Position numbers and translations under genes: made by a program. Below are positions 38,095 through 50,301 of a stretch of 64,000 bases of DNA, in pieces (within the stretch, counting starts at the first letter, position 1; each line of letters starts with the position of its first letter). The notes below the pieces were generated by a model. The model had not been told where the DNA came from and searched no databases. It saw only the letters and a list, made by a program, of their open reading frames with translations. Source of the stretch: Chiloscyllium plagiosum (lineage: Eukaryota); NCBI RefSeq assembly GCF_004010195.1, contig NC_057754.1:8987728-9051727 (forward strand). Direction: 5' to 3'.

Positions 38095-38688
38095 ATGGAG
38101 AAACCGTGGAAATGTGAAGATTGTGGGAAAGGATTTAATTACTCATCCCGGCTGGAAATCCATCGACGCACTCACACTGGGGAGAGGCCATTCATCTGCA
38201 CTGAGTGCGGGAAGGGATTTGCTCGGTCATCCAACCTTAGTTCACACCAGCGAGTTCACACTGAGGAGAAGCCATTCAGCTGCACAACGTGTGGACAGAG
38301 CTTCAGGTCTGCAGACATGCTCACTGAACACGAGCTGTTTCACATTGGAGGGCAGAAACCATTCAGTTGCTTCGTGTGTGGGACAAGATTCTCTCAGTTA
38401 CTCGCCGTCCAGTCACACCACCATTTTCACACAAAGGAGAATCCATTCCGCTGCACTTCCTGTGGAAAGACGTTCAAGCATTCGATTGACCTCAAAGAAC
38501 ACCAGCACACCCACACTGGACAGAAACCATTCACCTGCTCCGTGTGTGGGAAGCAATTCCCTTGGTCATCCCAACTGCTGACACATCAGCAAGTTCACAC
38601 TGTGGAGAGGCTGTTCACCTGCTCTGTGTGTGGGATGGAATTCACTCAGTCATCCCATCTGCAGAGACACCAACGAATCCATAAGTGA
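38095..38688 (+). CDS. C2H2 zinc-finger protein, 7 tandem fingers (ZNF-C)
   Basis: CACCATGG Kozak start, MEKPWKC..., 7 fingers; acceptor CCTTTTACAG at 37738; AATAAA near 39085. Confidence 0.92.
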   Translation: MEKPWKCEDCGKGFNYSSRLEIHRRTHTGERPFICTECGKGFARSSNLSSHQRVHTEEKPFSCTTCGQSFRSADMLTEHELFHIGGQKPFSCFVCGTRFSQLLAVQSHHHFHTKENPFRCTSCGKTFKHSIDLKEHQHTHTGQKPFTCSVCGKQFPWSSQLLTHQQVHTVERLFTCSVCGMEFTQSSHLQRHQRIHK

Positions 38689-39109
38689 CTACTTGATTCT
38701 GCTGTTGTTAATGATGTTCATGATTGAGAATCTCATAATATTTGGTTTATTTCTGATATTAACAACCCCTAGAACTGTGGCTGGTATTTTAATTTGATTT
38801 TTTCAGGGCTGCACTGTTTCTTTTCAAACGTACCACCTGTGATCTTTCCCTTTGAACTGGGAACTCAGTAACAATACAATAATGAACTTTTACTTCAATC
38901 CTAAATTGAATTTTCAATACGAAATCTGCAGTCCAGAATCTGGAAGATTAATATGTCCAAGTGGGAAAATCTCTTAATCCTTGCTGACAATTTTGACTGC
39001 ACATTTTTCACATTGATACCTGAGCTATGGCATTAAATGAAGCCAAGAGTCATGAATAATAATGAAATATTTTACAGATAAATCAATAAAACTTTCATCA
39101 ATCAACATC

Positions 39110-39960
39110 GATATTGATGAAGTTTGGAAGCCGCTGGGTTCAATCATTTATGACACTGCAGCAGCAACATTTGGTAAAGGTCGAACCATATCAAAGACTG
39201 GTCTAAGAGCTACTTGGCAGAGATGATATGTCATTGAAGCAAAAAAGGCAAAGATGACTTGATGCACAACCTCAATGCAGCAGCTAGAATGCTGCATCAT
39301 CCCCAGGTAGCCAAGACAGTTGTGCAAAGGAACAGAGATATTGGGCAAAGAATCACTGAGTCTGACATGTCAAGAAATCTAAACTGCCTGTGGTCACATT
39401 CATTTACAAGCTGTGTCGGATGGGATTGAGAGAGGACTTGAAATCCCATCATGCCGAAGGTGGCTCCTGAGAAATCCAGAGCTGAAGTATTCACTGTTGG
39501 AGGTAAACAGACATCCTGCTGGGTTTAACGTGACTGTGCAATACTCCTATGAGACGGACATCCCCAGTCTCCATTTGATGCTGTCCTCCTAGTCGTTGTT
39601 GTGTCGGACATGGAACTTTCATCATCTGACCTGGAAAAGGTCATTGATTGTGGAGCAAGCAGTAAGTCTCCTCTACTGCTGCACCTTCATGACCACTGCC
39701 TTCTCTGTTCGGAGGCAGGATCTGTTCCATGGGGCATGCATGATACAAAAACCATCACCACCTACAAAAACAAAAGAGACAGAGGAGTTTGCAGCAATTG
39801 TGGGAGCATCTCACTCCTTACTGTCATAGGGAAGACCTTCAGCAAGATCATGTTTTAACAGACTGCATCCACTTAGAGTGGGTGTATCCAGAAGCACAGT
39901 GCAGTTTCTGTGACAGCAGATCGATAGTGGACAGGATTTTCTTCATACACCAGCTACAAG
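39110..39960 (+). mobile_element. RTE-clade LINE remnant
   Basis: MHDTKTITTYKNKRDRGVCSNCGSISLLTVIGKTFSKIM resembles RTE DAKIITLYKNKGDRSDCNNYRGISLL. Confidence 0.7.
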
Positions 39961-41539
39961 AGTAGTTTATAATTAGCATTTCATCTAAAATGCTACTAGT
40001 TTTTGTGCTGAGAAAAGTGAAACATTTTCATGACAAAGACGCATTGCAATTTACTTGTACAATTGTAAAGGGACCAAACATTTGATTTCCCCAAAGATAA
40101 TTTCAGACTTGTAGTTGTTTTTGAGCTCTCAAGTTGTGGGACTCTCTTCCCTCTAACTGTTTCTCTTTGTCTAAAATGGTTAAAGCTGTAGTTTATCTCC
40201 AAAAGCTTATTTTTAAAGAACTTTTCTTAGCCTTCAGTTATATTACAATCATTTGGAAAAGAATCAAAATAATATTTGACAAAGCTGAGAGAAGTACCAA
40301 AGACTTGGAAACGAAGTTTGAAATGGTATTTGATTTGTTGTTCCGAAAGAAAGTTGGTGCAAAATTGACCAAACTTTGTTCATTTGTGAAAGTTTGCTCA
40401 GCCCTTTTACAAAACAAGCGAAGGAATTAATCCTTTTTACCGATGGCATGGTGACAATTTGAACAAAATACCATATTTTAAGATGCGCCTTCATCCCATT
40501 TGCTATCTTTCAAGACAGCTTGCTTGAGAACGGGAGATATGGGAGTTTTCGCTAAACTGATTATAAATATGTCTGTGTCATCTGCAGACAGACACCACAT
40601 TCTAAGAATATTGAATTGGACAGTGAAATTCATGCAGCTCTCCTTTAATGAGAGAGAATTAAAATTATTGCACTTAGAATAAAAGGATAGAAGGAATTCA
40701 CACCAATGGAATATAGCATTTACATTCTGGTGGAAATCACAAAGTGTGGATGAGATTCATAAATCAATACTCTTCTCTTAGAGATGTTTGCTTGCTTCAG
40801 CACATTGAGAAACTGAATTTGATCATCTGGCCACTGCCTGAGGCATTGGAGCCATTCTGGGGGAGTTAAGCAAAGATCTTCAAACTGACCTCACCTCCTT
40901 GATCTCTTGGTAAGGTTACCTGAAAGTGGCTTTTATCAGTTGGAATTGTGGCATGATATTGGACAGCGCTGTGAGGAAGAGATATGATTCATTCCTCTTG
41001 AAGATTAATGTGGAAATGCATGGTGACACTGCATTGAATAACATGTCCCAGACATGCTCAGCAACTTGATAACAAACAGCATGAAATTGTTACTGTGTCA
41101 TGAGATGTACCATGAGATGACATTGTAAATCATTAATGCACTGTCAAACACTCCCATTGAGGAGTTGACTTTAAGATAATAGGGATAGATTCCACCCACT
41201 GGTATCTATCAGAGGAATTGACATTGATGTAAAGACAAACTGAGAATCTGCATTGAGGAAACGGCCACAAGGTGGATACAGGTGAATGCAGAGAGCTGGA
41301 GAATCTTTAAATTCCCACAGGAACTTTTTTATTTGAACGAGGGGATTGATGGCGTGTCAACAATTTAGAATTGTGAGACTGGATCTGTAAATAGAATTAA
41401 AGTTGAAATTTTTCACATGACTAAAAATATTTTGACATTTGTTCTTGGAGGCAGCAAGGGTTTGCACTGCTGATTCTGAATCTTCTAGCAACTTCAGTAT
41501 GTTTATGGTATATGTTCAGGAAATTAGAAAAACAAGATC

Positions 41540-43600
41540 ATAGGTTAGAAGTAGCTGGAGTTGTGGGAAATTGATTTGAGAATTCTCTTCTCAAGACTGG
41601 GACATCTGAAAATAATGACTTCATGAAATAGGAATCTGAGTGATTGATTGTTGTTTGGGTATTTTTCAGGCTGAAGGAAAGTTTGTAGTGGAGCCCACCA
41701 GGGATTAGTACTTGGTCTGTTACCTTTCCTGATGTATGTTAATGATCTGGATCTTAGTTCGCAGATGTGAGGAACATTTAAGGACTCTAAGTTTATACTT
41801 AATTGAATTTACAAGGATGAGGGGGAATCTAATTGAAACATACAGAATACTGAATGGCCTGGACAGAGTAGATGTTGGGAAGATGTTTCCATTGGCAGAA
41901 CTCTAGGGCACAGCCTTAAAGTAAAGGGAGATCGTTTAGAACAGTGATAAGAAAAAACTTCTTCATCCAGAGAGTGATGAATCTATGAAATTCATTGCCA
42001 CAGAAGGCTGTGGAGGCCAGGTCACTGAGTATATTTACAACTGAGATAGCCAGGTCTTTGAGTTTAAGGGGATCAAGGGAGAACTTACCAGCCAAGATTG
42101 AATGACTGAGCAGACTTTGGCTGAGTGGCCTAATTTCTGCTCCTGTATATTATGGCCTTATGTTACAAAACCTAGAAGCATTGTAAACTGTGAGGAGGAA
42201 AATGTAGAAGGCCAACAGGATGCAGACAAGTTGGTAGGGTGGGCTGACTGATGACAGATCAAATTCAGTGGAGAAGTATGAGATGATTCATTTTCGTGGG
42301 AAACCAAGGGCAGACAGAATAAAGTAAAGGGCATTATTCCAAAGAGGGGTGCAAGAGCAGAGGGACCTGGATGATGATGTGCACAGTTCACTGAAGGTGG
42401 CGGAGCAAATGAAGAGAGCAGATAATAGAGTGTATAGTATCCCAGAATAGAATACAACAGTGTGGAAGTTATGCTGAAATCATATACGACATTTGTCAGA
42501 CCTCCCTTGGAATATAGTATGCAGTTCTGGGTACCATGCAATAAGAAAGATAATTGGAGAGAATCCAGAATAGGTTCCAGGGATATCGAACTCCAGTATG
42601 AGGGTAGATTGAAGAGGTTTTAATGACGATGCTGTCACCTTATTGTGTCCTTGGTTATTTTTTTGGAGAGAGGTCGTAAAGGCAGAGGTGCCAAGGATTC
42701 GAGGAAATTTGACAGTTTAACAATGGGAGGGGCCAGTTCTCCCAGTTCAGGTTTTACTAGGTTTTTATTTTAGCTGTAGCAGTCACAAAATGTTGGAGTC
42801 CAGAAGAGTTGCAAACTCCAGTAAAGGATTCCTCGGACTTTCTCTGAAATCTCTATCTGGATGTTGTTCCTTCCTGCCAATAAGAATCTGTGTTTGAATT
42901 TACCTTTTTGCCAAGGGATGTATTTGTGGGATGTTACTGTATTGGAACAGTTACTTAGTAACGGTTACTGTATCGGGTTGGTTAAGTTTTCCAATAGTTA
43001 TTCTAAATTCTGCTTTCTTTTGTCCATGTTTCAACTGTAGTGTTTAAATAAATTCTGTTTTGCTTAAAGCCCAGTGGTTTGATCAGTTGCATTACACCTA
43101 GAACACCCACTTCATATATGCCTTAAAATAAGAAAAAGTTAGGGTCCAGTCTACCTTCTTGAAATATTTTGAGGGGGGTCTGGCCTGGTCCATAACAGTT
43201 TGAACTGTTCTTGTTGGTGAGATAAAGGCTATAAGAGGAGATCTAATAGAAGTTTGTAAAATCATGAAGGAGCTAGATAGCTTAGAGAGAAACTGTTCTT
43301 GCTCATAAACAGATTGAAAAATAAAGGGTACAGCTTGAAAGCAAATTATATAGCTAGCAAATGTCATGTGAGAAAAAACAACTGTTTCACACAATGAGTG
43401 GTTGCACTGACTGGAATTATATTGAGACAGGTTCAGATGAAGATGACATTGCATGGTTATTTGAATGGAAACAATTGTGCTAGGGTATTGGGAAAAGGCA
43501 GGAGAGTGACAATAATTCATAATATTAATTTGGAGAGCTGATGCAGAGACAATGAAATTAATGATCTCCTTTTGCACTGTAATACTTCTGTAATTCTCTG
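41540..43600 (+). mobile_element. Old CR1 fragments, interrupted by a CR1 tail and a solo LTR
   Basis: Degenerate PQGLVLG, LEYSMQFW and RGDLIEV motifs. Confidence 0.6.
42621..43197 (+). mobile_element. Solo LTR
   Basis: Ends ...CCATAACA, AATAAA near 43048, 4-bp TSD GTTT (42617-42620, 43198-43201); the LINE reading resumes after it. Confidence 0.7.
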
Positions 43601-45129
43601 ATTTAATAACCTATGTTATACCTGTAGCTTATATTATGGAGTTAAAATGTAGAATTTTGGGTTCCGTTTAAGGTAAAATAGATGTTGTTTAATTTAATTT
43701 TCTTTCATTATGTCTGTTCAAAAATAATGTTTGCACTTTTGACCTAGCTTAGAGGCTTTTAGGAAGCCTAGCGGTTGCTATGGAGAAAATTGCTGAGGGT
43801 GGAGCTATGACTGTAAGGTATAGGAGCAAAATTAGAGTTTCAAAAATTTGCAGCAATACACTTTGAATAGCTATTCCTGGCTTGCAGCATTTGACCTGGT
43901 GCACAGCTGAGAATTAAATATGGCACCGGGTGTGTGGATCCCAGCAGAATTGACAGCACCACCACTGGTGACTACCGGATGGTACAAGTGTAGCTGAACA
44001 GCAGAGAATTGTCATGTAATTCAGAGCTGATGGAGAGAGAGCCCCTCCTAAAACTCCCTGAAACTGACACTTTTGGTAAAACTCTGTCCATTATTTCTTA
44101 TAGTTGACCCATCAGATAATATATGTTTGAAAGAAAAGCAGTTAATGCTGGGGCATTGGTACTGGAGCATGAATAGTTTCTTCATTAAATGAAGACACAT
44201 CGCCCTGGCTGTGCAATTTCAGTTCAGTCTTTTTTTTTCAATTATTTGTTCATCATACGTGGGCGTTGCTAGCTGGAGCAGCATTTATTGCTTCTTCCTA
44301 ATTGTCTTGGAGAAGGCGATGGTGAGGTGCCTTCTTAAAGCATTGTTTGGTTATAGGGACATCCACAGTGCTTTAGGGAGGGAGTTCCAGGATTTTGACG
44401 TTACATTGAGGGAGTGGTGATATAGTTACAAATCGGGGTGCTGTGTGGCTTGGAAGGGAATTTGGAGCTGGTGGTCTCCACGCATCTTGTCATTCTAATT
44501 AAAAACTGATCTGTCTGTTGAGCAAGAGTTCTGCTTCATTGACTGACAAGCATCACATCAAGAAGTCTATGGAAGACTATTTTCTCAAAAAGTCTTCAGA
44601 CCACCACTCAAATGAGTATGTTAAAAAAAGGGATGAATTTCATGTCATCTGTGGGTGATTTTATTACATATGATTATGCTGGTGTCCTGTTCCAGAATTG
44701 TTTGTCCTGACTGGCTTGTCATTTTTGGCTGTTCTCATGAGTTTGTTTTGAACACATGACATTGAGGGTCGTAGCCAACTTTCCAGCTTTCGATTTCATT
44801 GTCTTTTAATTTAGTTTGATTTATTGTTGTCACATGTATCAAGATACAGTGAAAAGTGTTGTTTTGTCTGCAGATTGTACCAGACAGAGTGCAGACTCAG
44901 GCTGGGAAAGTGCAGCTGCAGTCAGCATAAACTAAAAGAAGTCGAAGTGGTGAACTTGAGCAAAGTGTAGAAGTTCCACCCCTAATGTCTGCAATTGCAA
45001 TTGTCATTTTGTTTTTGCAATGATTACTTTGTCATTCTGCTTGTATCTTTAGCTGCAGCCTTAAACTTATGCATGGAGTCCACTTAGCATTGGAGACTGG
45101 GTAGCATGCTTGCCTTTGATTTACAACGT

Positions 45130-45430
45130 TGTGCATTTAGATCATTCTCCAGAAACTTGAGTACAAAATTCAGACATATAAATCAGTTCAGCACTGTCAG
45201 AGACACCATCTCGTAGGTGACAGCTTGTTTGCTCCCCAAGTGAGATGGATTGTTAAATAGATTGGTGTTAATTATTTGTGTTCATGAAGCCTTACTGTGT
45301 ACAAATTGGCTACCCTGTTTCCATATATTATGTCATGAATATATAAAATATGAACTATTAATCTTCTTTTTCATTGGCTGATCTATACTTGAGACATCAA
45401 TTTGAAAGAAAATGGCTTTAAATGAATCAG
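45130..45430 (+). mobile_element. Degenerate Deu-domain-like SINE
   Basis: CTTACTGTGTACAAATTGGCT...TTTCC...TCATTGGCTG resembles the 3' part of DeuSINEs (from memory of the consensus). Confidence 0.4.
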
Positions 45431-45441
45431 GACATTTTTTT

Positions 45442-45760
45442 TAGATTAGATTACTTACAGTGTGGAAACAGGCCCTTCGGCCCAACAAGTCCACACCGAC
45501 CCGCCGAAGCGTAACCCATCCAGACCCGTTCCCCTACATTTACCCCTTCATCTAACAACACGGGCAATTTAGCATGGCCAATTCACGTAACCTACACACT
45601 TTTGGACTGTGGGAGGAAACCGGATCACACGGAGGAAACCCACGCAGACACTGGGAGAATGTGCAAACTCCACACAGCGAGTCGCCCGAGGCGGGAATTG
45701 AACCCGGGTCCCTGGCACTGTGAGGCAGCAGTGCTAACCACTGTGCCACCGTGCTACCCA
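45442..45760 (-). mobile_element. HE1-type SINE (young, full length)
   Basis: Intact A and B boxes, CpGs retained. Confidence 0.92.
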
Positions 45761-45809
45761 TTTTAGTACACAATGTCTGTAGAGACCACTTGATTTACCA
45801 AAGGAATCA

Positions 45810-46781
45810 TGAGATCATAACATATAGGAGCAGAATTGAATTATTTGGCCCTTTGACTCTGCTACACCATTAAATCATGGCTCATATGTTTTCAGCCCCA
45901 TTCTTTGGTCTTCTCCCTGTAATCCTTGATCCCCCTTACTAATAAAGAACCTATCTATCTCTCTCAAATACACCTGGCCTCTGTATTAATGTGTTCCATC
46001 CTCTCCTCATTTTAGTCCTAAAGAGTCATCCCTTCACTCTGAGGCTGTGCCCTTGAGTCCTTGTCTCTCCTATTAATGGAAACATCTTCTCCAAGTCTGC
46101 TCTGCTGAGGCCTCTCAGTATTCTGTAAGTTTCAATCAAATCTCCCCAGATCCTTCTAAACTCCATCTAGTACAGCCCAGAGTCCTCAAGTGCTCCACAT
46201 ATGACAAACCCATTATTCCTGGAGTTGTTCAATGAACCTGCTCTGGACCCCTGCAAGATCAGCACATTCTTCCTTAGAAATAGAGCCCAAAACTGCTCAC
46301 AACATCACAAATGTGGTCTGACCAGAGCCTTATACAGCCTCAGCAGTATACCCCTGCTCTTTTATTCTCACTCTCTCAAAATGACTGCTAATAACGATCA
46401 ACTGAACCTGCATGGTAACCTGAAGAGAATCCTGAACTAGGACTGCCAAGTCCCTTTTGTGCTTCAGACTTCCGAAGCCTTTCCCCCCCATCTAGAAAAC
46501 TGTCTATGCCTCTGTTCTTTTTAACTAAAATGTATAACCTCACAATTCCCCATATTGTATTTTATCTGCACCTTCTTTACCCACTCTCCTTATCTAACTC
46601 CTCCTGACTGTCCCTGCTTACTCAACACTAACTGTCCCTCCATATGTCTTTGTGTCATCTGCAAATTTAGCACCACCTGCTATCCTGAAAAAGACCCCGT
46701 TATTCCCACTCTCTGCCTTCTACCAGTCAGCCAATTGTCTTTCCGTACCAGGACCTTGATTCTAACACCACTTATTTAGCA
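45810..46781 (-). mobile_element. CR1 3' portion (continues at 50302-50790)
   Basis: Reverse-complement CR1 tail and RT; resumes after the insertion at 46782-50301. Confidence 0.75.
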
Positions 46782-49700
46782 GCTCATTTAACTCTTATCT
46801 TGGGACAGAAGGGGAAACAAAAGGGGTGGAGGAGTTGCATTGGTGACTAGGGATCACATCACAGCTGTGCTGCGGGAGGACACATCGGAGGGATCTTATA
46901 GTGAGGCATTATGGCGAGGAGCTCAGGAATAGGAAGAGTGAAATGACAATGTTGGGAGTTTTCTATCGACCTCCTAACAGCTCACAGGAGACAGTGGAGC
47001 AGAAATGTAGTCAGATACGAGAAAGGTGTGAAAAAAGCAGGGTCGTTGTGGTGGATGATTTTAACTTTCCTGTTATTGACTGGGTCTCGCTTAGAGCCAG
47101 AGGCTCGGATGGAGAGCAATTTGTTAGATGTATCCAGGAGAACACTTTGAGACGGATTCTTGAGAATCCAACCAGAGAGAAGGCCATACTAAACTTGGTA
47201 TTAGGAAATGAGCCAGGACAAGTGATTGATGTTCAGTAGGATAGCATTTGGGGCTTAGTGACCATAACTCCATTAGATTTCAAGTAGTCATGGACAAGGA
47301 CAAGAGTGGCCCTCAGGTGAAGGTGCTTAATTGGGCAAGGGCCAATTACATCCAAGTTCGACAGGAACTGGGAAATGTGGATTGGGAGCAGTTATTTGAG
47401 GGCAAATCTACATCTGGCATAGGGGAGACTTCTAATGACCAGTTGATGAATGTGCAGGACGTGCATGTCCCTGCAAAACTGAAGGATAGGAATGGCAGGA
47501 TTCAGGAACCATGGATCACAAGGGAAATTGTAAGCTTAGTGAAAAGGTAAAAGGAAGCATATGATAGGTCTAGGCAGCTAAAACTGACAAAGCCCTTGAA
47601 GCGTACAGAGAAACTAGGAAGGAACTTAAATGTTGAATTAGGAAAGGTAAAAGGGGCCATGAAATGACTTTCACAAACAGGGTCAAGGAGAATCCCAAGG
47701 TTTTTTATACATATATTAGAAGAAAGAGCATGGCAAGGGAAAGAGTAGGCCCACTCAGAGACAAAGATGGGAAGATATGCATGGAATCATGGGAAGTGGG
47801 AGAGATCCTTAATGAGTACTTCGTATCTGGATTCATCAAAGAGAAGGATTTGACTGATGTTGAGGTCAGGGATGAGTGTGTGAATACTCTAGAGAATGTC
47901 AGTATATTAAAGGAGGAAGCTTTGGGTATCTTAAATTGCATTAAGGTAGACAGGTCTCCAGGCCCGGATGGGATCCATCCCAGGTTAGTGCGAGAGGCAA
48001 GGGAAGAAATAGTTGGGGCATTAGCAGATATCTTCACATCCTCTGAGGTTCTAGAGAACTGGAGATTAGCCAATATTGTTCTTTTTTTTTAAGGAAGGAA
48101 GCAGGGATAATCCAGGAAATTATAGGCCAGTGAGCCTGACATCTGTGGTGGGGAGGGTTGAGTGACAAGATATATGCATGTTTGGAAGAAAGTGGACTAG
48201 TTAGTGACGGGCAGCATGGTTTTGTACGGGGAAGGTCACGTCTCACCAACCTGATTGTCACCTCTTCAAAAAAAATGCGAAGATAATTTTTGAGGGATGG
48301 GCTGTGGATGTAGTTCATGCGGACTTTAGTAAGGCATTTGATAAAGTCCCACATGCTAGGTTGGTACAAAAGCTAAAATAATCACATGGGATTCACGGTG
48401 GGTTGGCTGGATGGATACAGAACTGGCTTAATCATAGAGGATAGAGGTTAGCAGTGGAAGGGTGTTTTTCAGAATGGAGACTGGTAACTAGTGGTGTTCC
48501 ACAGGGATTGGTATTAGGTCTTCTGTTGTTTGTAGGATATATAAATGATCTGGAGGAAGATTTGGATGGTCTGATTAATAGGTTTGCAGATGACACACAA
48601 ATTGGTGGATTTGCTGATCGTGCCAACGATTGTGAAAGGATATAATAGGCTATAGGTAGATTGGTGACTTGGGCAGAAATGGCAGATGGAGTTTAATCCA
48701 GACAAATGTGAGGTGATGCATTTTGAAGGATTAAATTTAGTGTGAATTATACTGTAAGTGGATGTTGTCTATCTAGACTTCCAAAAGGGCTTTGATAAGG
48801 TGCCTCACGGGAAGCTGCTGAGTAAGGTGTTCGAGGTGAGCTACTGGCATGGATTGGCGATTGGCTGTCTGACAGAAGGCAGAGAGTTGGGATAAAAGGT
48901 TCTTTTCCAGAATGGNNNNNNNNNNNNNNNNNNNNNNNNNNNNNNNNNNNNNNNNNNNNNNNNNNNNNNNNNNNNNNNNNNNNNNNNNNNNNNNNNNNNN
49001 NNNNNNNNNNNNNNNNNNNNNNNNNNNNNNNNNNNNNNNNNNNNNNNNNNNNNNNNNNNNNNNNNNNNNNNNNNNNNNNNNNNNNNNNNNNNNNNNNNNN
49101 NNNNNNNNNNNNNNNNNNNNNNNNNNNNNNNNNNNNNNNNNNNNNNNNNNNNNNNNNNNNNNNNNNNNNNNNNNNNNNNNNNNNNNNNNNNNNNNNNNNN
49201 NNNNNNNNNNNNNNNNNNNNNNNNNNNNNNNNNNNNNNNNNNNNNNNNNNNNNNNNNNNNNNNNNNNNNNNNNNNNNNNNNNNNNNNNNNNNNNNNNNNN
49301 NNNNNNNNNNNNNNNNNNNNNNNNNNNNNNNNNNNNNNNNNNNNNNNNNNNNNNNNNNNNNNNNNNNNNNNNNNNNNNNNNNNNNNNNNNNNNNNNNNNN
49401 NNNNNNNNNNNNNNNTTCCTTGCGAGATCAAGAATTTAAGGGCTACAGAGAAGGTGCGGGTGAGTGGAATTGAAATGCCCATCAGCCATGATTAAATGGT
49501 GGAATGGACTCGATGGGCCGAATGGCCTTGCTTCCACTCCTATGTCTTATGGTCTTAAATGGCAGAACCCTTCGGAACATTAACATACAGACAGCTCTGG
49601 GCATGCAGGTCAACTGTTCCCTAAACGTGGCAACACAGGTGGCCAAGGTGATTAAGAAGGCATATGGCATGCTTGTCTTCACTGGGCGGGGCATGGAGTA

Positions 49701-50301
49701 CAAGAGTTGGCAAACCATATTGCAATTATGTAAAACCCTTTAGAAGGCTGCATTTGGAGTATTGTGTGCAATTTTGGTCGCCACACTACCAGAAGGACGT
49801 GGAAGTTTTGGAGAGAGTGCAGAGAGTTCACCAGATGTCGCCCGGTTCTGAGGGCTACAAGGAAAGGATAAAAAGACTAGGATTGTTTTCACTAGAAAGA
49901 CGGTGTCTGAGAGGAGACCTGATAGAGGTTGACAAAATTATGAGAGGCAATGATAGGGTGGGGAGTCGGAGGCTATTTCCCAGGGATGCAGTTTCAATTA
50001 CAAGAGGGAAGAGGGCACAGGTTCAAGGTGAGAGAGGGAAAGTTTCAGGGAGACATGCGAGGAAAGCTTTTCACACACAAAGTGGTAGGACCTGGAACAC
50101 ACTGCAAGAAGAGATGCTGGAAGCAGACACGTTGGCCACATTTAAGAGGCATCTAAATGGTTACATGAATACGGAGGGAATAGAGGGATATGGACTGAAT
50201 AAGGGCAGAAGATTTTTTTTTTAGTTTAGTTAGGGCCTGATTAACGTTCCAGGCTTGGAGGGGCTGAAAGGTCTGTTCCTGTGCTGTACTTCTCTTTTGT
50301 T
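46782..50301 (+). mobile_element. Long CR1 copy (endonuclease, RT, tail), frameshifted
   Basis: GVFYRPPNS, DDFNFP, SDHNSIRF (APE); RSPGPDGIHPR; RFADDT; 11-bp TSD CTTATTTAGCA (46771-46781, 50302-50312). Confidence 0.92.
48758..49556 (+). mobile_element. Younger CR1 nested in the long CR1, spanning the assembly gap
   Basis: RT restarts at VDVVYLDFQK..FDKVPH and has its own tail (TCTTATGG); the host resumes at AATGGCAGAACCC. Confidence 0.7.

Noticed and set aside
38051..38581. 176-aa ORF overlapping ZNF-C in another frame, and antisense ORFs over ZNF-A and ZNF-B
   Set aside because: Shadow frames of finger repeats; 38051 starts at TTG and none shows domain features.
43600..44250. LTR-like composition here and at about 25150-25640 and 50790-51410
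   Set aside because: No termini, TSD or PBS that I could support.
48841..49482. Long ORFs across 48916-49415 and 61373-62011
   Set aside because: Artefacts of N runs.
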